From Thermodesulfobacteriota bacterium (GTDB lineage Bacteria > Desulfobacterota_D > UBA1144 > Nemesobacterales > UBA2774): a stretch of 64,000 nt of DNA. The number at the start of each line of letters is the position of its first letter. The stretch's first letter is position 1. A program made the position numbers and the translations under genes. Shown in pieces: positions 39,545-50,740 of this stretch. The notes below the pieces were generated by a model. The model searched no databases and was not told the origin of the DNA. It saw nothing but the letters and a program-made list of their open reading frames with translations. The stretch is taken from assembly GCA_965216785.1 (NCBI GenBank), contig OZ244197.1, positions 1,350,037-1,414,036 of the forward strand, given 5' to 3'.

Positions 39545-40237
39545 ATGAGCAATACAAATTTAGCGCAAACACAAAAAACAAAAGGCTACGACATGCCGGC
39601 GGCGGACCCAAAGCAGTTTAGCGGAGAGCCCGCAAGAACGGAATATCTGAAAGCGCCTGACGAGCTGCTCGCAGAGCTTTACGTCAGTAAAAAAGCACAA
39701 TGGGCCTTCAATGAGCTCGTAAACCGGTACAGCTGCAAGATCTATAAGCTCGCATACAAGTTTACTAAGGACGAGAACGGCGCCAATGACGTCCTTCAAG
39801 AGGTCTTTCTCGCATTGTTTCAGAAGCTCGATACATTTAGGGGAGAGTCAAAATTCTCGACCTGGGTTTTCGGAATCACCAGGAATACGAGCCTCATGTA
39901 TCTGAAAAAACAAAGAAAGCACCTTAGGGACCTATCGCTTACTGGGGCCCCAGACGCTGAGGGCGATACGCCCGAGTTCCTGGTGGAGGACTGGAGGTTC
40001 ATACCGGACACGCTGATTATGGAGGAGGAAAAGCGGTACAAAGTTGAAGAAGCGCTGAGCGCGATACCCGAGAAGTACAATACCGTGCTCCGCATGAGAG
40101 ACCTTGAAGGCCGGACGAACCTTGAGATCGGTGCGATATTGGGCATTAGCCTATCGGCTGTAAAATCGCGGGTCAGACGAGCGAGGATGCAGCTTAAGGA
40201 AAGTCTGGTGCAATACAGGGTGAATGAGCTTTACTGA
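39545..40237 (+). CDS. ECF-type sigma-70 family RNA polymerase sigma factor
   Basis: Region 2 'VLQEVFLALFQKLDTFRGESKFSTWVFGITRN' and region 4 'NLEIGAILGISLSAVKSRVRRARMQL'. ATG at 39545 with SD 'ggagag'; an alternative ATG is at 39527. Confidence 0.75.
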   Translation: MSNTNLAQTQKTKGYDMPAADPKQFSGEPARTEYLKAPDELLAELYVSKKAQWAFNELVNRYSCKIYKLAYKFTKDENGANDVLQEVFLALFQKLDTFRGESKFSTWVFGITRNTSLMYLKKQRKHLRDLSLTGAPDAEGDTPEFLVEDWRFIPDTLIMEEEKRYKVEEALSAIPEKYNTVLRMRDLEGRTNLEIGAILGISLSAVKSRVRRARMQLKESLVQYRVNELY

Positions 40238-40367
40238 AACTCGCGCTTATTCCGGTTTTTCAAAGGGAAAATTGGAACTTTAGAACAATATTCTAGAGTC
40301 CCTTGTATATGGGTTTTAGAATGCGTTAAGGTTTGGATAGATATACGCGGGTAAGTATTCTGCGGCT

Positions 40368-40586
40368 TTAGTGGTAGTTTCGGTTAATTATCTGCTCTTC
40401 ATCTTCGTCGTCGTCCCAGTCCTCGTCATCATCGTCGTCCCAGTCTTCTACGTCTTCGTCGTCGAACAATCCGTCTTCGTCGTCCAATTCGTCCCAGAGC
40501 TCCTCGTCTTCGTCCTCATCCCACTCGTCCTCATCATCGTTGCTCCACTCATCGTCTTTTTCAAGAAGCTTTAATTCTTTAGTCAT
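40368..40586 (-). CDS. Small, extremely acidic Trp-containing protein, 72 aa, with D/E-rich 'DEW/DDW' repeats
   Basis: 'EWSNDDEDEWDEDEDEELWDELDDEDGLFDDEDVEDWDDDDDEDWDDDEDEE'. A 'cggggg' SD sits 8 nt before the ATG. The opposite-strand hydrophobic ORF has a GTG start and no SD. Confidence 0.45.
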   Translation of the reverse strand: MTKELKLLEKDDEWSNDDEDEWDEDEDEELWDELDDEDGLFDDEDVEDWDDDDDEDWDDDEDEEQIINRNYH

Positions 40587-40806
40587 TAAATACCCCCGAA
40601 CTACAGAAATCTAAGGAAAAATTTGCACTGCCTAATTTATATCTGAAAACATACATCTTGGCATAGAAATGTCAAGCAAAATTATAGACAGTTTGTAATG
40701 CCTGGAATTTCCGTTTAAATGCAATAATATTTAAATATTACAGGGTGTTAGAGGTGTCAAGTTGCCGGATGGCAGGGGCGAGTAGGTATGCTGTCCGGGC
40801 TTATTT

Positions 40807-41838
40807 CTATGTATCGTCCGCCGAGCCCGGATCGCTGTGGTTATTTAAGAATTCCTCGGCCTTTAGAACCATTTCTTCAGACCCGGTAAAAATCGGGGTT
40901 CTCTGGTGAAGCTCTACGGGCTCGATGTCCAAAATACGTCTTACACCGTCAGTAGATCTTCCCCCTGCCTGCTCTACTATAAAAGACATAGGGTTGCACT
41001 CGTACACGAGCCTCAGCTTGCCGACGGGGTGATCGTTTAACGGCGGGTAGATGTATATGCCACCTGTTATTAAGTTCCTGTGGATGTCCGCGACCATCGA
41101 GCCTATGTAGCGGGCTGAGTAGGGTGAGCTTGATTCCCTGCCTACTTTCTTGCAGTAATTTATATAATCTTTTACGCCCTGCGGGAAGCTGTCAAAGTAA
41201 CCCGAGTTCACGGAGTAAGTCCTTCCTTCCGGAGGGATCTTCATGTCGAGATGGGACAGGCAAAACTCCCCGATCGAGGGGTCTAGAGTAAAACCGTTCA
41301 CACCGTGCCCGGTGCTGTATACGAGCATGGTAGATGAGCCGTATATTATATAGCCCGCGGCTGCCTGTTCCGCGCCCTTTTGAAGAAAGTCCTGGATTGT
41401 ACAAGGGGCCCCCGTGGGAGTGACTCTTCTATAGATCGAGAATATGGTCCCGACAGAAACGTTGACGTCAATGTTGGAAGAGCCGTCTAGAGGATCGATT
41501 GCGACTACGTATTTACCCTCGTAAGAGGACTTGCCTTCAAACGCTATAAACTCCTCGTCCTCTTCAGACGCGACGCCGCAGCACTGGCCTCCGAGCTCAA
41601 GTGAGGCTATGAAGCGTTGATTGGCTAATATGTCGAGCTTTTTTACTTCCTCCCCCTGCACGTTCGTATAGCCGGTCGATCCGAGCACGTCCACAAGTCC
41701 CGCTTTACTGACGTCTCTGTGTACAATCTTGGCGGCAAGGGCAATGTTACGCAAGAGCCTGGACAGCTCACCGGTTGCGTAGGGGAATTCAGTTTGTTTT
41801 CTGATAATAAATTCGTCTAAAGTCTGAACGCCGATCAT
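40807..41838 (-). CDS. fbp: Fructose-1,6-bisphosphatase class 1
   Basis: 'TGELSRLL', 'ASEEDEEF', '[26 protein letters not shown]', 'GGIYIYP'. Start at '[10 protein letters not shown]'. Confidence 0.85.
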   Translation of the reverse strand: MIGVQTLDEFIIRKQTEFPYATGELSRLLRNIALAAKIVHRDVSKAGLVDVLGSTGYTNVQGEEVKKLDILANQRFIASLELGGQCCGVASEEDEEFIAFEGKSSYEGKYVVAIDPLDGSSNIDVNVSVGTIFSIYRRVTPTGAPCTIQDFLQKGAEQAAAGYIIYGSSTMLVYSTGHGVNGFTLDPSIGEFCLSHLDMKIPPEGRTYSVNSGYFDSFPQGVKDYINYCKKVGRESSSPYSARYIGSMVADIHRNLITGGIYIYPPLNDHPVGKLRLVYECNPMSFIVEQAGGRSTDGVRRILDIEPVELHQRTPIFTGSEEMVLKAEEFLNNHSDPGSADDT

Positions 41839-41993
41839 AAACAAATATAATACCAAAATTCTAAGTGCTAGGGAAATTTGAGTTATAAATATCTAATGTT
41901 ATCTAGAGGTTATGCGCGCTTTTTGTTTTAATAGGTGGTTTTAAGATGGAATTTTTATTACTCTTAGGTAAGCTGCCAGCGCACGGTATTAAA

Positions 41994-42022
41994 GAAAAAA
42001 GGGAGCCGAAGCCCCCTTTTTG
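41994..42022 (-). terminator. Intrinsic terminator of the GGGAGC-UUCG-GCUCCC family after an IPTL-CTERM gene
   Basis: 'aaaaaagggagccgaagccccctttttg'; in the gene's sense the loop reads cuucgg. Confidence 0.7.
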
Positions 42023-42048
42023 TTCTATTGTTGTCGTGGTTAACAGAT

Positions 42049-42732
42049 TTAAGCACTCACCTTCTTTCTGCGTATGGCTATCAGGCCGATAATTCCAAGC
42101 ACTCCTGCCATAGCGATCATCCCCCATTCAGAGAGTGTGGGTATGGGTCGCGGCGGTACATGAGCATAAACAATGCGCTCATACTCGTTCTCGTCGATCC
42201 CAAGGTCTTCAATCGCTCCGCATCGATATCCTTCACTATTATTCAAATGCCAGCACAGCCTTTCGTCGTCAGCGCCGCTATTATCAATGTCGCAATTAAC
42301 TTTCTTTACAACATCTCCCGCTCTGGCAAATCCCCAGGCATTCCCATCTTCTACTTCACCACCGACATTGTTGAAATACCAGCCGACACCGTTTGCTATG
42401 TGAACAACATCAGTATTATCATCACCTGTATCGAAAGTGACGTCGCTCCTCTCGCCCTGGGCAAGCAGCATAAGAGTGGAGCTTCCGGTCATTCTACAGG
42501 ACAGCATCAATCGTTCCCCGGGACATTGGGAGAGCACCTGGTCGGCGTCCATATGGACATCATAGGTGTCACGGTAGCACTCGGTCCATCCGCCACCGGT
42601 TACCGTGGCTACCGCTACATTCGTCTTAGGTCCGACCGGAAGGTAGCTCTGTGCTTTTACTTCTAGGGGTGTAAATATAAAAACCGCAACTGTTACTACA
42701 ATTATTGGTAAAAATGAAAGTGCATTTTTCAT
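42049..42732 (-). CDS. Secreted hypothetical protein with IPTL-CTERM-type sorting signal, 227 aa
   Basis: Signal peptide; C-terminus 'RPIPTLSEWGMIAMAGVLGIIGLIAIRRKKVSA'. Confidence 0.6.
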   Translation of the reverse strand: MKNALSFLPIIVVTVAVFIFTPLEVKAQSYLPVGPKTNVAVATVTGGGWTECYRDTYDVHMDADQVLSQCPGERLMLSCRMTGSSTLMLLAQGERSDVTFDTGDDNTDVVHIANGVGWYFNNVGGEVEDGNAWGFARAGDVVKKVNCDIDNSGADDERLCWHLNNSEGYRCGAIEDLGIDENEYERIVYAHVPPRPIPTLSEWGMIAMAGVLGIIGLIAIRRKKVSA

Positions 42733-42866
42733 CTTCCCTTCTCCTTTAATAGAAATTAATTTTTTCTAATATTACACATTTCCAAAATCAATATCAATTA
42801 TTTTAAGTGACTCATCTTATATATTTCTCTTCTTTGACTATACAAGGAATTGTTATGATACGATTG

Positions 42867-43436
42867 CTATTCAGAGTTTTTCTCGCGAGACTCTTCAATT
42901 TTCATTGCGGCCCTGATGCCCTCTTCCCGAATTACCTCTTTGGCTCTTAAAACACTCTTGTCAAAATCCTCGGGGAGGCTGTTTTTAACGACAGTGTAAG
43001 CCTGGTTAAGATAAGGGACGAGGGTCGAATTCTCGAGCGCAGAGTCATTTTCCGAGTAGAACATGCCAAGCGATGAGGTGAATAGAAACGCGAGCACTGC
43101 TCCTATGATAAACCCGAGCAGTCCTCCGGCGCCCCTGTTTATCCAGGAGAGCTGAAGCGTGCCAATGAGCTTAGCCGTTATCCAGCCCAGTATCTGGATG
43201 ATTATGTAAGCCACAAAGCCTGAGATAATAAACCCGCCGACGTTCGCTATGGACTCATTGTCCACAAGCCCCATGTCCATAAACACTCCCCCGGCGATAT
43301 CGTAGAGGATGAAACCCACAATAATGCCGCCCACGAGCGCCGCTATGGAGAAAACCTGGCGGATGAGCCCCCTGTAGATGCCGATCAGGGTGAATACCGA
43401 GAGGATGATTACGATGGTTATGTCGAGCCAGTTCAT
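42867..43436 (-). CDS. cvpA: CvpA-family membrane protein
   Basis: 'MNWLDITIVIILSVFTLIGIYRGLIRQVFSIAALVGG'. Confidence 0.65.
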   Translation of the reverse strand: MNWLDITIVIILSVFTLIGIYRGLIRQVFSIAALVGGIIVGFILYDIAGGVFMDMGLVDNESIANVGGFIISGFVAYIIIQILGWITAKLIGTLQLSWINRGAGGLLGFIIGAVLAFLFTSSLGMFYSENDSALENSTLVPYLNQAYTVVKNSLPEDFDKSVLRAKEVIREEGIRAAMKIEESREKNSE

Positions 43437-43602
43437 TGTTTAGACCTTCGAGCTGTTTTCTATAACATAATGACCGGACTGTTTCATAATTCAATCTCGC
43501 CGTGGATTCACATATGTCTTAACATTCCCGCAGTGGATTATCTTTGCGTGCTCGACTACAATACTTATAAGGTTTAAATGATCATGGGAGGGCTTTTTGT
43601 AA

Positions 43603-44874
43603 ATGGACAGTAAAGAGCTTAAAACCACCTGCCCGGAATGTAACTCTGAAATATACGTCGATGAAATCCTTCATAAACAGATAGAAGAGAAATATAAAAG
43701 GAAATACGCGGAAGAAGCGAAAAAGTACGAGGCTGAGAAATTAAAGTTAGAGCAAGAAAGAGAAGAGCTGCAAAAGACCGTCGCACAGACCGTCGAGCAA
43801 AGGATGAAAGCCGAGAAGGAGAGTCTTGAGGAAAAGCTGAGGAAAGATATTGAAAAAGAGAACTCAGAGCAATATAGCTCGCTTCAAAAAGAGCTGAACG
43901 AGAAATCCGAGCAGTTAAAGGACTATAACAAGTCAAAGGCCGAAATTGAAAGGTTGAAAAGGGAAAAGGACGAGCTTTCAGATAAAATTCAGGCCGAAGC
44001 CGAGCAAAAGCTCAGTACGCGGATAGCGGAGGAAAAGGAAAAGATACAAAAGTCCGTCCAAGAAGGAATGCAGCTAAAGATTTCCGAGAAAGAAAAAGTG
44101 ATAGACCAGTTGAAGGCCCAGCTCACAGAAGCCCAGCGCAAAGCCGAGCAGGGCTCACAGCAGCTTCAGGGCGAGGTGCAGGAGCTTGCGATCGAAGAGT
44201 ATCTCAAGAGCACCTTTCCGCTCGATAGGATAGAAGAGGTGAAAAAGGGTAAAAAGGGCGCGGACTGCCTTCAGATCATAAACACCGAGTACAGCCAGAA
44301 CTGCGGCTCTATCTATTACGAGAGCAAGCGGACCAAGACGTTTCAGAGCTCTTGGATAGAAAAATTAAAGACCGACATGCGTGTTATGAAAGCTACTGTG
44401 GGAGTGATTGTTACTGAGACAATGCCGCCCGATATGGACGTTATGGGCCAGAAAGAAGGAATATGGGTGTGCAGCTTAAGGGAGTTCAGGAGCCTTAGCC
44501 AAGTGCTGCGCGAATCTCTAGTGCGGGTGAGCGACGCCCTCTCGGCGCAGGAGGGTAAAGGGGACAAGATGAGCCTCCTCTACGATTTTCTGATGAGCGA
44601 CGAGTTTAAGCACCACATAAAGGACATTGCCGAGGCGCTTGTCGATATGGAGAAAGACCTGGAAAAAGAACGGCGAGCCATGGAGGGGCTGTGGAAAAAG
44701 CGCGAGAAGCAGAACCATAAGGTGCTTACGAACCTGAATATGATGTTCAACTCCATAAAGGGCATTGCCGGAAACTCCCTCGGCACGATCACGGCGCTTG
44801 AGCTTCCGTCTCTTGAGAAGGCTGAAAATGACAGCGGGACAGACACAGAAAATGACCAGGACGAGCTGTTTTAG
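43603..44874 (+). CDS. DUF2130-like protein: N-terminal Zn-ribbon, long coiled coil, C-terminal PD-(D/E)xK-like region
   Basis: 'CPECNSEI' zinc ribbon; ~180 aa of E/K-rich heptads; C-terminal 'GADCLQII..SIYYESKRT'. Confidence 0.5.
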   Translation: MDSKELKTTCPECNSEIYVDEILHKQIEEKYKRKYAEEAKKYEAEKLKLEQEREELQKTVAQTVEQRMKAEKESLEEKLRKDIEKENSEQYSSLQKELNEKSEQLKDYNKSKAEIERLKREKDELSDKIQAEAEQKLSTRIAEEKEKIQKSVQEGMQLKISEKEKVIDQLKAQLTEAQRKAEQGSQQLQGEVQELAIEEYLKSTFPLDRIEEVKKGKKGADCLQIINTEYSQNCGSIYYESKRTKTFQSSWIEKLKTDMRVMKATVGVIVTETMPPDMDVMGQKEGIWVCSLREFRSLSQVLRESLVRVSDALSAQEGKGDKMSLLYDFLMSDEFKHHIKDIAEALVDMEKDLEKERRAMEGLWKKREKQNHKVLTNLNMMFNSIKGIAGNSLGTITALELPSLEKAENDSGTDTENDQDELF

Positions 44875-45014
44875 CAAGAAACTTCAATTTATTTAACCTT
44901 GGAGCGGCTCCCACGCCTAATCCTCATCGCGACTTCCCCCTGAATTTTTGAATAATACACTGATAGCTCGGTATTTTGACTTATGTAAAGTGTTCAGATA
45001 ACTTAAAAACCGTG

Positions 45015-45995
45015 ATGGGTTTTTCCGAAATTCTATCTGTTATAGCACCTGACTTAGAGGAAGTTGAGGCAGAGCTTGAGAGCTCGATCCAGTCCCCTGT
45101 GCCTTTGGTGTATGAAATTTCCAAATATCTGCTTGGAAGCGGGGGCAAGAGGCTCCGTCCGTCGGTGCTTCTGCTCATAAGCGGGGCGTGCGGCAACCTG
45201 GAAGGAAAGGAGAGAATCTACTCCGCAGCCGCTCTAGAGCTGATACACACCGCGACGCTTCTTCACGACGACGTAGTGGATGAGGCCAAGCTGAGAAGGG
45301 GCAAGACCGCCTCGCACGTCGTGTGGGGCAATAAGGCTACTGTGCTCGTCGGGGACTTTATGCTGGCCCGGGCGCTCGGGCTGATACAGTCATGCGGTAA
45401 CCTGGAGCTCATAAAAGCCGTAACCGACGCTGCGGCAAAGCTTGCGGAGGGGCAGGTGCTCGAGGTGATGAGCGCAAACAGCATGGTCGAGGTGTCTGAG
45501 GAAATATGCTTTGGTATTATCGAGAACAAGACGGCTTCGCTGATTGAGAGCTGCGGTACTGTAGGCGCTATATTAGCGGGGGCTGAGGACACGCTAAAGC
45601 ACTCGGTAGGGCAGTACGGGCTTAATATAGGTATTGCTTTTCAGCTCATCGACGACGCGCTCGATTACTCGTCGAGCGAGGAGGAGTTCGGAAAAGGAGT
45701 GGGTCAGGATCTCGTTGAGGGCAAGATGACCCTTCCGCTCTATTATTCACTGGAGCAGGCCTCCGCGCCTGAGAAATCAAAAGTGAACGATATACTTGTC
45801 CGCGAAGACTTTGGAGACGGAGAGCTTGATTTCGTACGGGATATAGTGGAGCGCTATAAAGGAGTTGAAAAGACCAAGGTGGTAGCGAAAGACTATATAC
45901 ACAAGGCCAGGGAATCCCTCTCGCCCGTTCCTGAAAATATTTATAAAAACTCACTTAGCCAACTTGCCGATTTTGTAGCGGAAAGGAAAAACTAA
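45015..45995 (+). CDS. Polyprenyl diphosphate synthase (trans-isoprenyl diphosphate synthase family, IspB-like)
   Basis: First DDxxD 'LLHDDVVDE' and second 'FQLIDDALD'; 'GKRLRPSVLLL'. Confidence 0.8.
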   Translation: MGFSEILSVIAPDLEEVEAELESSIQSPVPLVYEISKYLLGSGGKRLRPSVLLLISGACGNLEGKERIYSAAALELIHTATLLHDDVVDEAKLRRGKTASHVVWGNKATVLVGDFMLARALGLIQSCGNLELIKAVTDAAAKLAEGQVLEVMSANSMVEVSEEICFGIIENKTASLIESCGTVGAILAGAEDTLKHSVGQYGLNIGIAFQLIDDALDYSSSEEEFGKGVGQDLVEGKMTLPLYYSLEQASAPEKSKVNDILVREDFGDGELDFVRDIVERYKGVEKTKVVAKDYIHKARESLSPVPENIYKNSLSQLADFVAERKN

Positions 45996-46018
45996 AAGAT
46001 TATCTTTTTTGCTAACGC

Positions 46019-46471
46019 TCAAATCTCAAGCATCATAACGTAGGCGTCTTCGCCCGTATCCGAGTAGTATTTACGCCTAACCTGTATGGTTTTAAACCCT
46101 AGCTTCTCGTAGAGCTTCTGAGCCCCAATATTTGTTATGCGTACTTCCAGGATAGCGTACTTAAGCCCTTTCTCGGCGGACTCCACGATGCAGTCCATCA
46201 TGAGCTTTTCTCCGAGACCGCTCTTTCTGAACTCGGGGTGTACCGCCACGTTCAGTATGTGTACCTCGTCGTAGATTGTCCAGGTCACGATGTATCCTAC
46301 CACAATGCCGCTCATGCGAATCACCCGGTTGTAGGATGTGCTCGACTTTATCTCCCTCTCAAAGATCCTTTTGGGCCAGGGCGAGGGGAAGCTGACGTTC
46401 TCGATCGCCACTATGCCGTCAAGGTCGGCGGGCGTGATTATGTCTATTTCAAATTTAGGAGCTTTCTCCAT
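46019..46471 (-). CDS. rimI: GNAT acetyltransferase, RimI-like
   Basis: 'ILNVAVHPEFRKSGLGEKLM...ILEVRITNIGAQKLYEKLGF'. Confidence 0.65.
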   Translation of the reverse strand: MEKAPKFEIDIITPADLDGIVAIENVSFPSPWPKRIFEREIKSSTSYNRVIRMSGIVVGYIVTWTIYDEVHILNVAVHPEFRKSGLGEKLMMDCIVESAEKGLKYAILEVRITNIGAQKLYEKLGFKTIQVRRKYYSDTGEDAYVMMLEI

Positions 46472-46557
46472 ATCAATAATTTTTTCGGTTTTATGCCGAT
46501 ATGTCCAGAGTGAAATTTATAAAAGGGGGTTATTTCCGCTATTGGTTGATGCGGGAA

Positions 46558-48696
46558 TTAAGCAGCGGTTTTTTTCTCGATAAGTAAGTTCAGAATATCC
46601 CGAGCGGCGTCTGAAATGACTGTACCGGGGCCGAAAATAGCTGTAACGCCGGCTTTATAGAGGTAATCGTAATCTTTTTTGGGTATCACTCCCCCGATCA
46701 CGACCATTATGTCGTCCCTTCCCACATCACTTAGCTCCTTAACGAGCTCCGGCACCAGGGTTTTGTGGCCCGCGGCGAGGCTGGATACGCCTATTACGTG
46801 TACGTCGTGCTCTACAGCCTGACGTACTGCCTCAAGCGGGGTTTGGAACAGAGGGCCGATGTCTACGTCGAACCCAAGGTCCGCAAAGCTCGTGGCTATG
46901 ACCTTTGCGCCTCTGTCGTGTCCGTCCTGGCCCATTTTGGCAACGAGTATCCTTGGTCTTCTGCCCTCTATCGCGTCAAATTCATCGGACAGCTCACGCG
47001 CCCTTTTAAAGCTCTTGTCCTCGGATAATTCGGAGGAGTAAACGCCGGATATCGTCTTAATCGATGCTTTATAGCGCCCGAACACTTTCTCGCAGGCATA
47101 GGATATTTCTCCGAGCGTAGCCCTTTTTCGAGCGGCCTCTACGGATAGCTCAAGCAAATTGCCCTCACCCGTCTCGGCGCACTTTGTTATAGCGTCCAAG
47201 GCCTTATGTACGGCCTCATTGTCTCTTTCTTCTCTCAGCTTCTCAAGCCGCGCAATCTGAGAGTTCCTCACCTGGGTGTTATCTATTTCTAGTATCTCGA
47301 TCTCGCTTTCTTCCTCAACCTGGTATTTGTTCACGCCTACAATCGTTTCCTGCCCCGAGTCTATGTGCGCCTGCTTTCTGGCCGCGGCCTCTTCGATCCT
47401 CATTTTCGGAAGCCCCGTGTCTATGGCCTTGGCCATGCCGCCAAGCTCCTCAACCTCTTGAATAAGCTCCCATGCCCTCTGCGCGATCCTGTCCGTAAGG
47501 TACTCGACATAGTAAGAGCCCGCCCAGGGATCTACGGAGCGGCATATGTTCGTTTCTTCCTGAAGATAAATTTGAGTATTTCTCGCTATACGCGCGGAGA
47601 AATCGGTAGGGAGCGCTATTGCTTCGTCAAGGGCGTTTGTGTGGAGCGACTGTGTACCCCCGAGCACCGCCGCGAGCGCCTCTACGCATGTCCTGACGGC
47701 GTTATTGAACGGGTCCTGCTCGGTAAGGCTCCACCCAGAGGTCTGGCAGTGGGTCCTTAGAGCAAGGGATTTAGGGTTTTTAGGGTTAAACTCTTTAATG
47801 AGCTTTGCCCACAGCATCCGGGCAGCCCTCATTTTCGCGATCTCCATGAAGTGGTTCATCCCGATGCCCCAGAAAAAGGAGATGCGGGGAGCAAAATCGT
47901 CTATGTCCATGCCGGCTTTAATGCCCGCCCTTACGTACTCGAGCCCGTCCGCCAGGGTGTAGGCAAGCTCGATGTCAGAAGAGGCCCCGGCCTCCTCCAT
48001 GTGATAGCCGCTTACGCTGATTGAGTTGAATTTTGGCATGTTCTCTGAGGTGTACTTGAATATGTCGGCGATGATTCTCATCGAGGGTTCAGGTGGGTAA
48101 ATGTAGGTATTCCTGACCATAAATTCTTTTAATATGTCGTTTTGAATGGTGCCGTTAAGCTCTTTTGCAGGGACTCCCTGCTCCTCAGCGGCCACGATGT
48201 AAAAGGCCATAACCGGCAGTACCGCGCCGTTCATGGTCATTGACACCGATGTCTCCCCAAGCGGAATCTGGTCGAAAAGAACTTTCATGTCCAAAATCGA
48301 ATCGATTGCGACACCCGCTTTACCCACATCTCCCGGCACGCGCTCGTGGTCTGAGTCATAGCCCCTGTGAGTGGGCAGATCAAACGCCACCGACAGCCCT
48401 TTTTGCCCTGCGGCCAGGTTCCTGCGGTAAAAAGCGTTTGATTCCTCGGCAGTGGAGAACCCGGCGTACTGCCTTATGGTCCAGGGCCGGGTTACGTACA
48501 TCGAGGAGTAGGGCCCGCGCAGAAAGGGCGCTATACCGGCTGCGTAGTGTAGATGATTGAGCCCTTGAGTGTCGTTTTCTGTGAATACGGGCGCAACGGG
48601 TATGGCCTCGGGCGTAATCCATTTTTCGTTTGCATTGTCCCAAGGCTTGCTCTTAATATTTCGGGTGATATCTATTTTTGAGAAGTCGGGTCTCAT
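46558..48696 (-). CDS. mutB: Methylmalonyl-CoA mutase large (alpha) subunit with B12-binding domain
   Basis: '[47 protein letters not shown]'. C-terminal B12 motif '[23 protein letters not shown]'. Confidence 0.85.
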   Translation of the reverse strand: MRPDFSKIDITRNIKSKPWDNANEKWITPEAIPVAPVFTENDTQGLNHLHYAAGIAPFLRGPYSSMYVTRPWTIRQYAGFSTAEESNAFYRRNLAAGQKGLSVAFDLPTHRGYDSDHERVPGDVGKAGVAIDSILDMKVLFDQIPLGETSVSMTMNGAVLPVMAFYIVAAEEQGVPAKELNGTIQNDILKEFMVRNTYIYPPEPSMRIIADIFKYTSENMPKFNSISVSGYHMEEAGASSDIELAYTLADGLEYVRAGIKAGMDIDDFAPRISFFWGIGMNHFMEIAKMRAARMLWAKLIKEFNPKNPKSLALRTHCQTSGWSLTEQDPFNNAVRTCVEALAAVLGGTQSLHTNALDEAIALPTDFSARIARNTQIYLQEETNICRSVDPWAGSYYVEYLTDRIAQRAWELIQEVEELGGMAKAIDTGLPKMRIEEAAARKQAHIDSGQETIVGVNKYQVEEESEIEILEIDNTQVRNSQIARLEKLREERDNEAVHKALDAITKCAETGEGNLLELSVEAARKRATLGEISYACEKVFGRYKASIKTISGVYSSELSEDKSFKRARELSDEFDAIEGRRPRILVAKMGQDGHDRGAKVIATSFADLGFDVDIGPLFQTPLEAVRQAVEHDVHVIGVSSLAAGHKTLVPELVKELSDVGRDDIMVVIGGVIPKKDYDYLYKAGVTAIFGPGTVISDAARDILNLLIEKKTAA

Positions 48697-50567
48697 TCCA
48701 CTCTCACCGCCTTCTGATATTTTCTTAGCGTCTCCAGAATGTTCGAGCGTACGTGTATAAAATCGTCAACGCCCGCCTGTTTCAATTCTTCTATGTGTTC
48801 CTTGGGGTTCCCGGCGATAATTATGTGAATGTCGCTGTCATGTGCTTTTAGCTTTTCACATATTGCGGGGGTTATATCCGGATACTCTTTATCCGAGCTG
48901 CAAATAACTACTATGCCAGAGCCGCTTTTAATAGCGGCTTCAATGCCCTCTTCCATACTGTCAAACGCACCCTTATCGATGACCGTGAAGCCTCCGCAGC
49001 CGAAAAAGTTCGCGGAGAATCCCGCCCTAGCCGTCCTCATTGCCGCGTTCCCGACTGGCAGGAGGAAAACACTCGCACCGCTCTCATGGTTTTCCGTAGC
49101 CATGCGGAGCTTCTCAAAAGCCTCGGCTCCGCGGTAGGGTTTCAAGGGTTTTATTTCGAATTTAGTATTATCTCTAACAGTACCGGTAAGCTGAGTTTTG
49201 GGAGCTTGCTCGCTCAAGTCAGGATATCTGTTTACACCTAGTAAAGTCGCCCGGCCCGTTTCCAGGTCTTCGTCTTTTGAGCTGCGGGTTTCCTCTATCC
49301 TATCCTGTATTAATCCGGATTTTAACGCCTCTATTAGTCCCCCTGCCTTCTCCACTTCCAAAAACAGCTCCCAGGCGGCCTGTATCAAACTGTCCGTCAG
49401 GTTCTCTATGTAGTATGAGCCTGCTGAAGGGTCTATTACTCTGTCTATGTAGGACTCGTTCTTAAGTATAAGCTGGGTGTTCCTCGCCATTCTTCGGGTG
49501 AATTCCCCGGGTTTTTCATAGGCTGAATCAATAGGGGATATATGTACCGTATCGCTCCCGCCAATGGTCGCTGCCATCGCTGCCACAGTGCCGCGCAGCA
49601 TGTTCGTGTAAGGGTCATAAACAGTTTGGTTCCATCCGGAGGAGACAGTCTCGATGCTCATTTTGCCTTCATTACAACCGTACTGCTCCATTAATACAGC
49701 CCATAGGTATCTTGCCGCTCTTAGTTTCGCTATTTCCATAAAATAGTCAGAGCCGATTGAGAAAGAAAAACCCATGTGCCCCGCTATTTGCTCAGGCGTT
49801 AGGCCCATAGAGGTGAGCCTGTCCATGTACTCAACTCCGGAGGCAAGTGAGAACGAAAGCTCCTGTACCGCCGAGGCTCCCGAGTCGCCGAATATCTCCC
49901 CGTGTACTGTAAGTCCTTTAAAACCGGGCATTTGCTCGCTCACACAGGATATAACCGGTTTCAGCTCGTCGAATTTAGAAGGGTTGTAGGTCCCGCTTAG
50001 CATCAGCTCGCCGATGGGGTTCGTATCGACAGAGCCTCTCAGATCAATCAGGCTGATGCTTCTATTCAATGCTTCGCTGCTAAGTAAATCCAGTATTGCC
50101 ATTGCCGCAGCGCCGCACTTAAAATGGACAGGAACCTCGTCTATCTGTATGTCTTTTAAAAGCGCCGCCATATCGGCCTTATTCTCTATGGGCACGCCGC
50201 TTGTACCGCTTTCTTCGCTCCTGCATACGAAAGTAAGTGACTGAGCGCCCATTCGGAGACTTTCGAGAGCGGATTTATTCGCAGCTTCGATATTGGCCTC
50301 TGATATGTACTCATTAATATTCCACTCATTATTCCCGGCTTCCGTACCCCTCGTGTAGGGGAACTGCCCGGGGGCGGAGTCCGTAAGATATGCGAGCTGC
50401 TGCAGGTCTTCCTGTGTATAGAACGGCTCCACAGTGAACCCCTCGTAGGGCTTCCACCGAAGCGTATCAAGGCTGCGGCCCTTAATATCTTTTTCGATTT
50501 GCTCCTTCCACTGCTCAGAAGAGACCGGGGGGAACTCGGAAAATAAATTTTCTTTGTCTTCGGGCAT
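48693..50567 (-). CDS. mutA: Methylmalonyl-CoA mutase small (beta) subunit
   Basis: Mutase-family barrel with no DxHxxG motif in its C-terminal domain. Overlaps mutB by 4 nt. Confidence 0.7.
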   Translation of the reverse strand: MPEDKENLFSEFPPVSSEQWKEQIEKDIKGRSLDTLRWKPYEGFTVEPFYTQEDLQQLAYLTDSAPGQFPYTRGTEAGNNEWNINEYISEANIEAANKSALESLRMGAQSLTFVCRSEESGTSGVPIENKADMAALLKDIQIDEVPVHFKCGAAAMAILDLLSSEALNRSISLIDLRGSVDTNPIGELMLSGTYNPSKFDELKPVISCVSEQMPGFKGLTVHGEIFGDSGASAVQELSFSLASGVEYMDRLTSMGLTPEQIAGHMGFSFSIGSDYFMEIAKLRAARYLWAVLMEQYGCNEGKMSIETVSSGWNQTVYDPYTNMLRGTVAAMAATIGGSDTVHISPIDSAYEKPGEFTRRMARNTQLILKNESYIDRVIDPSAGSYYIENLTDSLIQAAWELFLEVEKAGGLIEALKSGLIQDRIEETRSSKDEDLETGRATLLGVNRYPDLSEQAPKTQLTGTVRDNTKFEIKPLKPYRGAEAFEKLRMATENHESGASVFLLPVGNAAMRTARAGFSANFFGCGGFTVIDKGAFDSMEEGIEAAIKSGSGIVVICSSDKEYPDITPAICEKLKAHDSDIHIIIAGNPKEHIEELKQAGVDDFIHVRSNILETLRKYQKAVRVE

Positions 50568-50740
50568 ATCTGGCTCACTTTAAATAGCCTAATAATAATA
50601 AAGAAAAGTGAAACCGTTGCAAGAGCTTTGGATTTATCATTACCAGCCGAAGTATCAATAGTTATTTTCTTCCGATATGAATTTGTCATATTTTGTGTTA
50701 AGATGGCTCTAGCAAATTTATTTAAGAGAGGAGCAAAAGG

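Noticed and set aside
40371-40574. 67-aa hydrophobic plus-strand ORF opposite the acidic protein
   Set aside because: GTG start with no SD. It is the antisense of GAn/GAy-rich codons, which yields an artificial Val/Phe-rich frame. The minus-strand acidic ORF has a proper SD.
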